Source of the DNA: Arenicellales bacterium
GTDB lineage: Bacteria; Pseudomonadota; Gammaproteobacteria; Arenicellales; JAOTWM01
Direction: 5' to 3'
DNA length: 55,345 nucleotides
Assembly (NCBI GenBank): GCA_964194565.1
Contig: CAXMMZ010000129.1
Location: 1-55,345 of the forward strand
Below, piece by piece: positions 27,592-39,141 of this stretch. How positions within the stretch are numbered: the first letter of the stretch is position 1; each line of letters opens with the position of its first letter. The translations under genes were made by a program, and so were the position numbers. Below the pieces are notes generated by a model. It was not told where the DNA came from. It searched no databases and worked only from the letters and a program-made list of their open reading frames with translations.

Positions 27592-30107
27592 CCCGAATAG
27601 TCCATGAACGGTTCGGGCTTAGCGGTATTCGCTATGCAATAGTGATGCTACGCCGCGAGTGGCGCGCCGGCGATCTGCGCATCGTAGCCCTGGCGCTGGT
27701 ACTGGCCGTGGCATGCGCAACCTCGGTGGCGGCGTTCACTGACCGGTTACAACAGGCGCTGCAACGTCAAGGCGGCGAATTACTCGCGGCCGACCTAGTC
27801 GTGCGCTCGTCATTTCCGACGGGGCCGGCATGGCGCGAAAAAGCGCTAAGCTCTGGCTTGGCGGTAGCGCGTACCACCTCGATGCGCAGCGTCGTGGTGG
27901 CGGGGCGGCGCACCCACCTGGTCGAAATCAAAGCGGTTGGCAGTGGATATCCGTTGCGCGGTGAATTACGCGTCGCGACGCGGGACCGCCACCACGATAT
28001 CGCTATTGATTCCATCCCTCCGCCGGGGCACGTTTGGATCGACCCGCAATTATCGTCATTGCTGGATATCGCTGTCGGCGACACGATCGAAGTCGGTGCA
28101 GCCGCATTCCAGGTCACACGCATTCTTACCTTTGAACCGGACCGCGGAGGCGCTGCGTTCGTGATCGCCCCGCGGTTGTTAATGCACGAATCGGATCTCG
28201 ACAAAACTCAGTTGCTGCAACCCGGAAGCCTTGCCACCTATCGGCTGCTTTTGGCCGGCACACCACAACCGCTCTCAGAGTTCCGACGCTGGTTGGAACC
28301 CCAACTGACCAGCGGCGTGTCGATTCGCGATGTCACCGATGCCGGCCCGCGCTTTCGATTAGCCTTGGAGCGTGCCCAACGATTCTTGAGCCTGGCGGCA
28401 TTGGTAGGTGTGTTGTTGGCCGGTGTAGCAATCGCGCAGGGAGCGTGGCACTACACCGAGCGAAACCTCGACCACGCGGCTATGCTGCGTTGCCTCGGTT
28501 GGCGACAGCGTGACGTGCTATCGGTTTATGTCTATCAGCAACTGCTGCTGGGTCTCGGTGCCGGCAGCTTCGGAGCGATGCTGGGATATGCCGGGCAACA
28601 GGTATTGGTGCATCTGTTACCGGCGTTGACCCAGGGCGATCTGCCGGCGCCATCGTGGCGGCCGGCGCTGGCGGGTATTGCTGTGGGGATAGTCACGCTC
28701 AGTGGTTTTTCATTACCGGTGGTGGCGCGCCTAAAGCAGGTACCGCCGCTTCGAGTATTGCGACGGGATTTGGGACGGTTACCGCCACAGCTGTACAGCT
28801 TATATGGGTTCGGCGCAGCGATGTTTCTCGGGCTCACCATATTGCTCGCGCGCGACTGGCGAATCGTGGCCTATGTGCTTGGCGGCACCACGCTCACGGT
28901 GGCTGGCCTGGCCGGCGCGAGCTACGTGCTGTTACGGTTGCTCGGGCGGTTGAAACCGCGGGCCGGCTCCGGCGTGCGCCACGGCTTATTGAGCCTAGTG
29001 CGCCGCACACGCGCCGCAACGATACAGGCCGTCGCGCTCGGGGTCGGGATCATGGCGATCCTACTGCTTACGGTTGTGCGCGGCGATCTGCTGCGGAATT
29101 GGGAAAATCGATTGCCGGCCGGTACCCCCAACCATTTTATCGTCAACATTCAACCCGGGCAGATTGCCGCGGTACGGGAATTTCTCGATCACGTTCAGGG
29201 CCGGAACGCGGCGTTTAAACCGCTAGTACGAGCACGCTTGATGTCGATTAATGGCAAAGTCGCACGGGCCGCAGATTTCGATGACCCGTTTGCACAACGG
29301 ATGATGCAGCGCGCGGCGAACCTGTCCTGGGTCGATGATCTCGGTGACGATAACCGCATAGTCGCGGGGCGCTGGTCCGACCCCAACGGTGACCGCATGG
29401 TGGTATCGGTGGAGCAGGAATACGCCGCAGCACTCGGTATGCAGATCGGCGACATTCTGACGTACCGGGTGGGCGACCGCGACGTGGCGTTGCGCATCGC
29501 GAGCCTGCGCGCGGTGTCCTGGGATTCATTTAGGCCGAATTTTTTTCTATTGACGCCGGCCGATGTGTTGGGTCTCGAGTCGGCCACCTTTATCGGCAGC
29601 GTGTTTGTACCGCCCGCTAACGATCAATACGTAACTCGCTTAGTTGAACAATTTCCGAACCTCACCGACATCGATATCGGTGCCATACTCGATCAGGTGC
29701 GGCGCCTATTGCAAAGACTCAATCACGCCATGCAATTTGTGTTTTTATTTACCGTTGGATCTGGGCTGCTGGTATTGTACGCATCGATTTATTCGAGCCA
29801 ACGCGAACGCCGCGCCGAATTGGGTCTACTCCGAGCATTGGGCGCGGCGCGGCGCTACCTATGGGCGTCATTGGCTAGCGAGTTTATCGTGTTAGGCGCT
29901 CTGGCTGGATCGATCGGTGCTCTGGCTGCGTCCTTGACCGGACTGTTGATCGCGCGTGGGCTGTTGAATCTAGACTACCAATTTAGCTTAACCGTATGGT
30001 TGATGGGAATATCGGTCGGCGCGCTGCTGGTGACGGCGGTTGGGCTCGCGGGCACACATCGTTTGATCGCCACACCACCCTGGCACACGCTGCGCGGCGC
30101 CGCCTAA
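27579..30107 (+). CDS. ybbP: Fused FtsX-type ABC permease YbbP
   Basis: REWRAG.L, KAV..GYPLRG, PN.F..NIQ, R.V.WDSF.PNFF. Confidence 0.9.
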   Translation: MRLLTRIVHERFGLSGIRYAIVMLRREWRAGDLRIVALALVLAVACATSVAAFTDRLQQALQRQGGELLAADLVVRSSFPTGPAWREKALSSGLAVARTTSMRSVVVAGRRTHLVEIKAVGSGYPLRGELRVATRDRHHDIAIDSIPPPGHVWIDPQLSSLLDIAVGDTIEVGAAAFQVTRILTFEPDRGGAAFVIAPRLLMHESDLDKTQLLQPGSLATYRLLLAGTPQPLSEFRRWLEPQLTSGVSIRDVTDAGPRFRLALERAQRFLSLAALVGVLLAGVAIAQGAWHYTERNLDHAAMLRCLGWRQRDVLSVYVYQQLLLGLGAGSFGAMLGYAGQQVLVHLLPALTQGDLPAPSWRPALAGIAVGIVTLSGFSLPVVARLKQVPPLRVLRRDLGRLPPQLYSLYGFGAAMFLGLTILLARDWRIVAYVLGGTTLTVAGLAGASYVLLRLLGRLKPRAGSGVRHGLLSLVRRTRAATIQAVALGVGIMAILLLTVVRGDLLRNWENRLPAGTPNHFIVNIQPGQIAAVREFLDHVQGRNAAFKPLVRARLMSINGKVARAADFDDPFAQRMMQRAANLSWVDDLGDDNRIVAGRWSDPNGDRMVVSVEQEYAAALGMQIGDILTYRVGDRDVALRIASLRAVSWDSFRPNFFLLTPADVLGLESATFIGSVFVPPANDQYVTRLVEQFPNLTDIDIGAILDQVRRLLQRLNHAMQFVFLFTVGSGLLVLYASIYSSQRERRAELGLLRALGAARRYLWASLASEFIVLGALAGSIGALAASLTGLLIARGLLNLDYQFSLTVWLMGISVGALLVTAVGLAGTHRLIATPPWHTLRGAA

Positions 30108-30434
30108 TTGCGCCGAAGACCCTAACGTTGTATTGGCGGTAACGAGCCGGCGGCCGTATCGTCAACACCGCTCGCAACAAAAATAGCTTCGCCGTAGACC
30201 GTCTACGTAGTCCGTTCCCGATCAAGTGCCGGGGATCAAACCGTGCCAATGCTGGTCGTCGACATATAGTCCTAGTGGGTACAGATAGGATACCATTATC
30301 AGCGAGCAGCAGAATGCATTCCGTGCTAGCGGCTTTAACGCTACTTTAAGCGCCGTTGAAGCGAAATAATGGCATAAGTATTACCGGAACATCGGCATTT
30401 AGCGGAAAGACAATACGCCATTTCCACACCACCA

Positions 30435-31226
30435 TTGATGCTCAACCCGTGCCCAACGTCGCTCGGCGGTCGATTCGTTACGAGCCGCCTAAGCCGTGGC
30501 CGATACCGATTAGTAGTGTTGGCGCTCAGTGCGATGTTGACTGTCAGCTGCGCGACACTCGATAAACCCGGTGACTCGGCTGGGATGTCGGGTAATGAGA
30601 ACGACCCGTTCGAAAATTTTAATCGCGGTGTTTGGGGTTTTAACGAAAAACTCGACAAGGTAGCGTTAAAGCCACTAGCTCGGGGTTATTCAAAGGCCAT
30701 ACCACGCCCGATGCGCAATCGTGTAACGAACTTTTTTGGCAATCTCGGCGAACCTAAGACCATCGTGAACAATTTGTTGCAGGGAAAGGTTGGATTAGCG
30801 TATCAGGATGCGTGGCGGTTTTTAATTAATACGACGATCGGTGTGGTGGGTTTATTCGATGTCGCGGGGCGCGCGGGACTTGTGAAACACAATGAGGACT
30901 TCGGTCAAACTTTGGCGGTTTGGGGTGTAAAGGACGGACCGTACCTCGTATTGCCGCTATTTGGACCGAGCAACGTCCGCGACGGTATCGGCCGGATCCC
31001 CGATGCGTATTTGAACCCAATAAACCAAATAGACGACAGCAGCGCCCGAATCGTATTGCGCGCGTTGAGTGTTATCGATGCACGCGCCCGACTGTTGCGG
31101 GTATCGCGGATACTCGCGATGCAGCTAGACCCGTATCTGTTTCTCCGTGAAAGCTATCGGCAACAGCGACGCCAATTGATTTACGACGGCGCGTATGATG
31201 GTGCACTGGAGCCGGGTATTGAATAG
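30435..31226 (+). CDS. mlaA: MlaA/VacJ family lipoprotein
   Basis: Lipobox LTVSC, DPFE.FNR, RF..N.T.G..GLFD, EDFGQTL, GPYLVLP.FGPS..RD; true start probably downstream of 30435. Confidence 0.93.
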   Translation: MMLNPCPTSLGGRFVTSRLSRGRYRLVVLALSAMLTVSCATLDKPGDSAGMSGNENDPFENFNRGVWGFNEKLDKVALKPLARGYSKAIPRPMRNRVTNFFGNLGEPKTIVNNLLQGKVGLAYQDAWRFLINTTIGVVGLFDVAGRAGLVKHNEDFGQTLAVWGVKDGPYLVLPLFGPSNVRDGIGRIPDAYLNPINQIDDSSARIVLRALSVIDARARLLRVSRILAMQLDPYLFLRESYRQQRRQLIYDGAYDGALEPGIE

Positions 31227-31331
31227 AATCGAGAACAGGTGCCTCGGCTGACCGATACGTATTACCGACTGTCTCACGGTGTTTCTTCTCAATTGAAAAC
31301 CCAGCATAATCTCTCGGGCGAGCGTTGAAAG

Positions 31332-32165
31332 ATGGCGCGATATGCGATCGGAGATATTCAAGGTTGTCTGGATGCGTTTCTGGAGCTGCTGCGCCGGCTT
31401 GAGTTTAACCCACTCCAAGACGAATTGTGGCTGACTGGCGACCTCGTTAATCGCGGACCTAAGTCGGTGGAGACGTTGCGCTATGTGCGCGACTTAGGCG
31501 CGTGTGTGACCGTGGTGTTAGGCAATCACGATCTGCACCTGCTTGCGGTCGCGGCCGGGGCCACAAAGCTACGCCGCCGGGACACATTATCGTCAGTATT
31601 GGAGGCGATGGACCGTGCGGATCTATTGGATTGGTTACGATGGCGGCCGCTGTTCGTGCTTGATGCTCCTAGCGACACGGCATTGGTGCACGCCGGACTG
31701 TATCCAAATTGGTCAGCGGGCAAAGCGCTGGCGCTGGCCGATGAGGTGCAGGCACTTTTGCGGGGCTCGGATTATTTGCAATTCCTTGCGCAGATGTATG
31801 GCGATACACCCACGCGATGGCGCAACGATCTATCAGGAATTGAGCGCTTAAGATTCATTACCAATGTGTTTACGAGAATTCGCTACTGCTCGGCGGACGG
31901 AACCGTATTGGACTTTCAGAATAAATTGGCGCCGAATAAAAAGCCCGGGGGCTTGGTGCCGTGGTTTCAATGCAAAACGCGACGTGGGCGTTCAGTGCGC
32001 GTAGTTTTTGGACACTGGTCGACGCTAGGTTTGTGGAATGCGGACGGTGTCATCGGTCTCGATAGCGGTTGCGTATGGGGTGGGCAATTGAGCGCTGTGC
32101 AATTGGATTGCGACCCGGCTCGGTTTAATGGTGTCAATTGCGATCCGTATCGCGCGCCAAGTTGA
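31332..32165 (+). CDS. apaH: Symmetrical bis(5'-nucleosyl)-tetraphosphatase
   Basis: GDIQGC, GDLVNRGP, LGNHD, VHAG, FGHWS, LDSGCVWG. Confidence 0.96.
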   Translation: MARYAIGDIQGCLDAFLELLRRLEFNPLQDELWLTGDLVNRGPKSVETLRYVRDLGACVTVVLGNHDLHLLAVAAGATKLRRRDTLSSVLEAMDRADLLDWLRWRPLFVLDAPSDTALVHAGLYPNWSAGKALALADEVQALLRGSDYLQFLAQMYGDTPTRWRNDLSGIERLRFITNVFTRIRYCSADGTVLDFQNKLAPNKKPGGLVPWFQCKTRRGRSVRVVFGHWSTLGLWNADGVIGLDSGCVWGGQLSAVQLDCDPARFNGVNCDPYRAPS

Positions 32166-32215
32166 CCCCAATAGTAAATGGGATATAGTGCATCATTGAA
32201 TCGATACTCACACCT

Positions 32216-32599
32216 ATGATCGACCAATCCAAATACAACGTGGCCATCGAGGTTCGCACTGCGTATATCGCGGCGCAATCCGACCCCGGCAACGATCGCT
32301 ACGTTTTCGCCTATACGATCACGATTACCAATAAGGGTAGCGATGCCGCGAAGCTGATCAGCCGGCATTGGAAAATTACCGATGCCGAGAATAAGATTCA
32401 GGAGGTCCGGGGGGAGGGAGTGGTCGGCGAACAGCCGCACTTAAAATCCGGTATGAGTTTCGAATACACGAGCGGCACCGTGCTCGAAACCCCGGTAGGT
32501 ACGATGGCCGGTAGCTATCAGATGATCGCCGACGACGGCACTACGTTCGACGCGGAGATTCCGTCGTTTACGTTGTCGATACCGCGAACACTACACTAG
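32216..32599 (+). CDS. apaG: ApaG protein
   Basis: FAY.I.I.N, SRHW.ITD, V.G.GVVGEQP, YTSG..L.TP.G.M.GSY. Confidence 0.96.
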   Translation: MIDQSKYNVAIEVRTAYIAAQSDPGNDRYVFAYTITITNKGSDAAKLISRHWKITDAENKIQEVRGEGVVGEQPHLKSGMSFEYTSGTVLETPVGTMAGSYQMIADDGTTFDAEIPSFTLSIPRTLH

Positions 32600-32882
32600 T
32601 CGTCCCTGGAAAACGTCGTTTTTGCCAGTCGGCGGCGTTGCCTACAGGGATGTAGGTAATGAACGAGAGCACGTCTACAGGGATGTAGGTGGTACGAGTC
32701 CACGGATGGGCGAGGTAGAACGAAGCAGGAGCTAGAGTCGAGAGCAATGCAGGAGCAATTGCCGAAGGATGCAGTAGCGTTGCCCTGCGATTTCCGATGC
32801 TCATTTACCCCCATGTAAACTCCGCTTCGGCTTCTCGGGCGCCTTGCCGACAACAAAAAATGACGCTTTCCAGATACGGCTA
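32597..32882. mobile_element. MITE family C (RPE-like palindromic element) with a nested hairpin-unit insert
   Basis: Imperfect 27-bp TIRs TAGTCGTCCCTGGAAAACGTCGTTTTT ... AAAAATGACGCTTTCCAGATACGGCTA; core CTCATTTAC-CCCCAT-GTAAACTCCGC; starts on the apaG TAG. Confidence 0.8.
32641..32776 (+). repeat. Stack of short GGA-centred hairpin or repeat units
   Basis: CTACAGGGATGTAGGT twice (32642-57, 32675-90), GTCCACGGATGGGC (32698-711), GCAGGAGC twice. Confidence 0.75.
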
Positions 32883-32916
32883 CGCTGACGCGGCACTTTC
32901 TTACGAATAGGATCGC

Positions 32917-35478
<2,562 letters not shown>

Positions 35479-35486
35479 ATGACCAA

Positions 35487-36584
35487 TCATATTCGCATCG
35501 GCATTACGAGATATTGCGTCGCGGTGTCGCCCGGAACATTTAGTGTACAACTACTGTTTGCATCCTGTAGTCGCAACTGAATCTGCTCACTGCCCAATGC
35601 TTTAACAGCATCTAACAAATAGCTCACGTTAAATCCGATCTCAATTTTCTGGCCCTCATAATCGATCGGCATCTCATCGTTCGCTTCTTCCTGATCTGGG
35701 CTACTTGCGCTCACGCTCATTTTCTCAGGTTCTACACTAAGGCGAATTCCACGATATTTCTCATTGGTCAGAATGGCGGCCCGGTTCAACATTTCACCGA
35801 ACGCTTGACGATCCAGCAACAAACTCTCGCGTAATACAGGGGCCATTATCGCCGCATAGTCCGGAAACCGCCCGTCAATGAGCTTCGAGGTAAAAACCAG
35901 ATTGTCCAATGTCGCTTGAATATGATTGGGATTCAGTTCAATAGACACCAGACTATCCGATTCATCGAGTAACCGGCTCATCTCCAAAACGGTCTTCCGC
36001 GGCAAGATTGCTTGATGATTTTGTTCTTGCTCCGCGATGCCCACCTCGCTCTTCGCTAAACGATGTCCGTCGGTAGCAACCGCGCGCAATGTGTCATTCC
36101 CGATTTCGAACAGCAAACCGTTCAGATAGTACCGCACATCCTGATGTGCCATCGCGAACGCCGTTCGCTCCAATAAGCCCTTTAAATCCCGCTGTTTAAG
36201 CTCAAGACGGCGATTCCAGTGTTTCGTCGTGAGGCGCGGAAAATCCTCTGCTGGTAACGTTTGTAACGAAAACCGGCTGCGCCCGGAACGAATCGCTAGC
36301 TTTCCATTGTCTGTCACCAGCGTGACGTCCGCCTTTTCCGGCAACGCACGGCATATATCGAGTAACTTGCGCGCGGTGACGGTACACTCCCCGTCTTTGC
36401 CTTCCACGTCCCCTACAGAGCTCGTGATTTCGATCTCCAGATCCGTACCGATTACAGTAAATCGACCCGATTCTAAACGTAGATAAACATTGGCCAAGAT
36501 CGGTAATGTTTGGCGTCTTTCGACAACATTACTTACTAGAGTCAGCGGATGAAGGAGTCGGTCTCTCGGAATGTTAATTTGCAT
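35487..36584 (-). CDS. dnaN: DNA polymerase III beta clamp
   Basis: RQTLPIL.N, TDLE, QDVRYYLNG, ATDGHRL, GRFPDY, MPMR. Confidence 0.98.
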   Translation of the reverse strand: MQINIPRDRLLHPLTLVSNVVERRQTLPILANVYLRLESGRFTVIGTDLEIEITSSVGDVEGKDGECTVTARKLLDICRALPEKADVTLVTDNGKLAIRSGRSRFSLQTLPAEDFPRLTTKHWNRRLELKQRDLKGLLERTAFAMAHQDVRYYLNGLLFEIGNDTLRAVATDGHRLAKSEVGIAEQEQNHQAILPRKTVLEMSRLLDESDSLVSIELNPNHIQATLDNLVFTSKLIDGRFPDYAAIMAPVLRESLLLDRQAFGEMLNRAAILTNEKYRGIRLSVEPEKMSVSASSPDQEEANDEMPIDYEGQKIEIGFNVSYLLDAVKALGSEQIQLRLQDANSSCTLNVPGDTATQYLVMPMRI

Positions 36585-36789
36585 AGTTTTAAATCTTTAA
36601 ATGATTGTATTAATAATAACACAATTAATATTGTGGATAAACTAAATAGTCATATGTATATCAATAACTTAGTTCGTATATGAAGCAGTGGATAAATGCG
36701 GTATTAGCGATTTGGAACAGTGGACAGGAATGACTGAACACGCGCGGTGAAAAGTTATCCAAGAGTTATCCTTGTCCGTTACCGTCTAT
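36585..36789. promoter_or_regulatory. Putative oriC in the dnaA-dnaN intergenic region
   Basis: AT-rich DUE-like tract 36585-36631; DnaA boxes TGTGGATAA (36632-40), AGTGGATAA (36687-95), TTATCCAAG (36755-63), weaker TTATCCTTG (36766-74); perfect IHF consensus TATCAATAACTTA (36659-71). Confidence 0.85.
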
Positions 36790-38118
36790 TCATCCGCTCA
36801 ATAACTTTTGCAGATTCGCATAGTCCTCTTTCACTTTTGCGTCTTGATGCAATAATTCTTTGACCTTCCGACACGCGTGTAATACCGTTGTATGGTCCCG
36901 TCCTCCGAACGCATCGCCGATTTCCGGAAGACTTAGGTTGGTCAGTTCCTTCGCAAGGGCCATGCCGATCTGACGAGGCCGGGTAATCTGTCGGTTGCGC
37001 CGCTTCGAGTGCAAATCCGCGACCCGCATCTTGAAATACTCGGCAACGATTTTTTGAATATTGTTAATGGTAACCTGGCGTTCCTGGAAGACCAGCAAGT
37101 CTTTTAATGCGTCTCGAGCCAATTCAAGGTCGATGGTGTGCCCAATAAATCGCGCACTCGCGACAATGCGGTGCAGAGCACCCTCGAGCTCACGAACGTT
37201 AGAGCGAATTTGTTTCGCGACAAAAAACGCGACTTCATCCGGCAGGGTCACACCCATGAGACGCGCTTTCTTGTTAAGAATCGCGACCCGGGTTTCGAGT
37301 TCTGGCGGATCTATCGGTGCCGTCAAACCGCTGCCGAAGCGGGATATTAACCGTTCTTGTACACCAGCGATTTCCTTCGGAAAGCGGTCGCTGGTGATAA
37401 CGACCTGGCGCTGGCCCTCCAGTAAGGTATTGAAAGTATGGAAGAATTCTTCTTGGGAATGGCTTTTACCCGCAAAAAATTGAATATCGTCGATAAGCAA
37501 CGCATCCAGTGATCGATAATGGCGTTTGAATTCATTCATGGCATTATGCTGCAGCGCTTTGACCATATCGGCGACGAACCGTTCGGAGTGTACATAGGCC
37601 ACTTCAGCGTTCGGGTTCTGGGTGATAATGAGATTGCCGGCGGCTTGCATAAGATGGGTTTTGCCGAGACCGACCCCACCGTAAATAAACAACGGGTTGT
37701 ACGCGCGGCCCGGATTCTCACCCACCTGTCTAGCCGCAGCTCGCGCTAACTGATTGGACTTGCCCTCGACGTGGGTTTGAAACGTGAATGATGTGTTCAG
37801 GCGGCTCGTGGGGTATGGTTGCCGACCCCGGGCCGGACCCGCCGTTGCGTCGGGTTTGTTTGCATCGGCCCCGGCTTGGCTGCCAATAGCGACGGAGACA
37901 AGCGGTGCGGGATCACTAAACTGAACCGTCAATTCGCAGATTCGATCGAGGAATTCCTGCTGTACCCAATCCATTACGAAACGATTCGGCGCGAGCAATT
38001 GCAATTCCTGGCCGCTATCGACCGCATGCAGCGGTCGAATCCAGGTATTGAATTGCTGCGCTGACAACTCAGCTTCTAGGCGCTGCAAACAATGTTGCCA
38101 AACTGCAGGCGTGCTCAC
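36790..38118 (-). CDS. dnaA: Chromosomal replication initiator DnaA
   Basis: [50 protein letters not shown]; start (GTG 38118 vs ATG 38145) uncertain. Confidence 0.98.
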   Translation of the reverse strand: MSTPAVWQHCLQRLEAELSAQQFNTWIRPLHAVDSGQELQLLAPNRFVMDWVQQEFLDRICELTVQFSDPAPLVSVAIGSQAGADANKPDATAGPARGRQPYPTSRLNTSFTFQTHVEGKSNQLARAAARQVGENPGRAYNPLFIYGGVGLGKTHLMQAAGNLIITQNPNAEVAYVHSERFVADMVKALQHNAMNEFKRHYRSLDALLIDDIQFFAGKSHSQEEFFHTFNTLLEGQRQVVITSDRFPKEIAGVQERLISRFGSGLTAPIDPPELETRVAILNKKARLMGVTLPDEVAFFVAKQIRSNVRELEGALHRIVASARFIGHTIDLELARDALKDLLVFQERQVTINNIQKIVAEYFKMRVADLHSKRRNRQITRPRQIGMALAKELTNLSLPEIGDAFGGRDHTTVLHACRKVKELLHQDAKVKEDYANLQKLLSG

Positions 38119-38229
38119 GATCGTCGGGCCGGAGATCAAATGCATAAACAAAAACGGGGCCGCAAGTCTACCGCGTCCGCCAAGTGCTATCTATAGCATT
38201 ATCGCGACTCGCGCCACGTCAGTGCGCAG

Positions 38230-38258
38230 TTGACAAAACCGTAGCACCGGCTTACCTT
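38230..38258 (+). promoter_or_regulatory. Putative sigma70 promoter for the rpmH operon
   Basis: TTGACA-17 bp-TACCTT. Confidence 0.55.
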
Positions 38259-38330
38259 TGCGGCCCCTTTTTCGGCGTCTCAGTGGCTCACGGGGGCACA
38301 GCGACCTCATAGAGGGGCGAAGGAACAGCA

Positions 38331-38465
38331 ATGAAACGAACATTTCAACCGAGTGAACTAAAACGTAAGCGTAGCCACGGGTTCCGTGCCCGTATGCGCA
38401 CCCGAGGTGGGCGGGCCGTCATAAATGCTCGCCGAGCGAAGGGTCGTTCTCGCCTGAGCGCCTGA
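38331..38465 (+). CDS. rpmH: 50S ribosomal protein L34 (absent from the ORF track)
   Basis: Manual translation [44 protein letters not shown]; AAGGA RBS. Confidence 0.98.
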   Translation: MKRTFQPSELKRKRSHGFRARMRTRGGRAVINARRAKGRSRLSA

Positions 38466-38481
38466 GGCATCTCCGTATTCG

Positions 38482-38856
38482 TTGGTCACCGCGGCGAGCC
38501 TTCCTAAACGCCGGCGTCTGACGACGGCTGCTGAATTCCACCGGGTTATGCGGGCTGGGTCGCGTAAACGCAACGCTATGTTTACGATGGTGACGTTACC
38601 AAACCGTGGGCCGGGGTCACGCCTCGGTTTAGCGGTGTCTCGGCGAGTATCGCGAAAGGCGGTCGTTAGAAACCGGGTTAAACGGCAAGTACGAGAGGTA
38701 TTTAGGCAGTACCCTCGCCCATTGGGCAATGTGGATATTGTTGTAGTGGCGCACCCTGCGGCAGCGCAATCGGCGAACGCCGCGTTGCGACATAGACTAT
38801 GGCAGCTACTTGAAAGCCTATACCAGCAAGGCGAAAATGCGCGCGAGCTGCATTGA
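38482..38856 (+). CDS. rnpA: Ribonuclease P protein component
   Basis: RL....EF, RLGLAVSRR, KAVVRNRVKR (RNR motif). Confidence 0.93.
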   Translation: MVTAASLPKRRRLTTAAEFHRVMRAGSRKRNAMFTMVTLPNRGPGSRLGLAVSRRVSRKAVVRNRVKRQVREVFRQYPRPLGNVDIVVVAHPAAAQSANAALRHRLWQLLESLYQQGENARELH

Positions 38857-38898
38857 GTACAAGTAAATGAGCATTCGAGCACGTTTTCAACGCTGATC

Positions 38899-39141
38899 AT
38901 GGGCAAAAGATCGCTCTTGCAAAGCTCTCTAATAGCTTTACTCAAGGGTTACCGATATTGGGTCAGTCCCTGGTTCGGCCCGCGCTGCCGGTTTTACCCA
39001 AGCTGCTCCGAATATGCAGCGAGCGCGATCCAGCAGCACGGCGCGATAGGCGGGCTGTATTTATCGATGAAACGGCTCGCGAAATGTCACCCGTGGCATG
39101 CGGGTGGCGTGGACCCGGTTCCTGAAGTTAGGCAACCGTAA
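38899..39141 (+). CDS. yidD: Membrane protein insertion efficiency factor YidD
   Basis: CRFYPSCSEYA, KCHPW..GG.DPVP. Confidence 0.96.
   Translation: MGKRSLLQSSLIALLKGYRYWVSPWFGPRCRFYPSCSEYAASAIQQHGAIGGLYLSMKRLAKCHPWHAGGVDPVPEVRQP

Noticed and set aside
32641-32776. Repeated CTACAGGGATGTAGGT as a CRISPR array
   Set aside because: Only two exact 16-bp repeats with a 17-bp gap; the other units differ; no cas genes; it lies inside a TIR-bounded element
38358-38945. 195-aa minus-strand ORF
   Set aside because: Antisense to rpmH, rnpA and yidD
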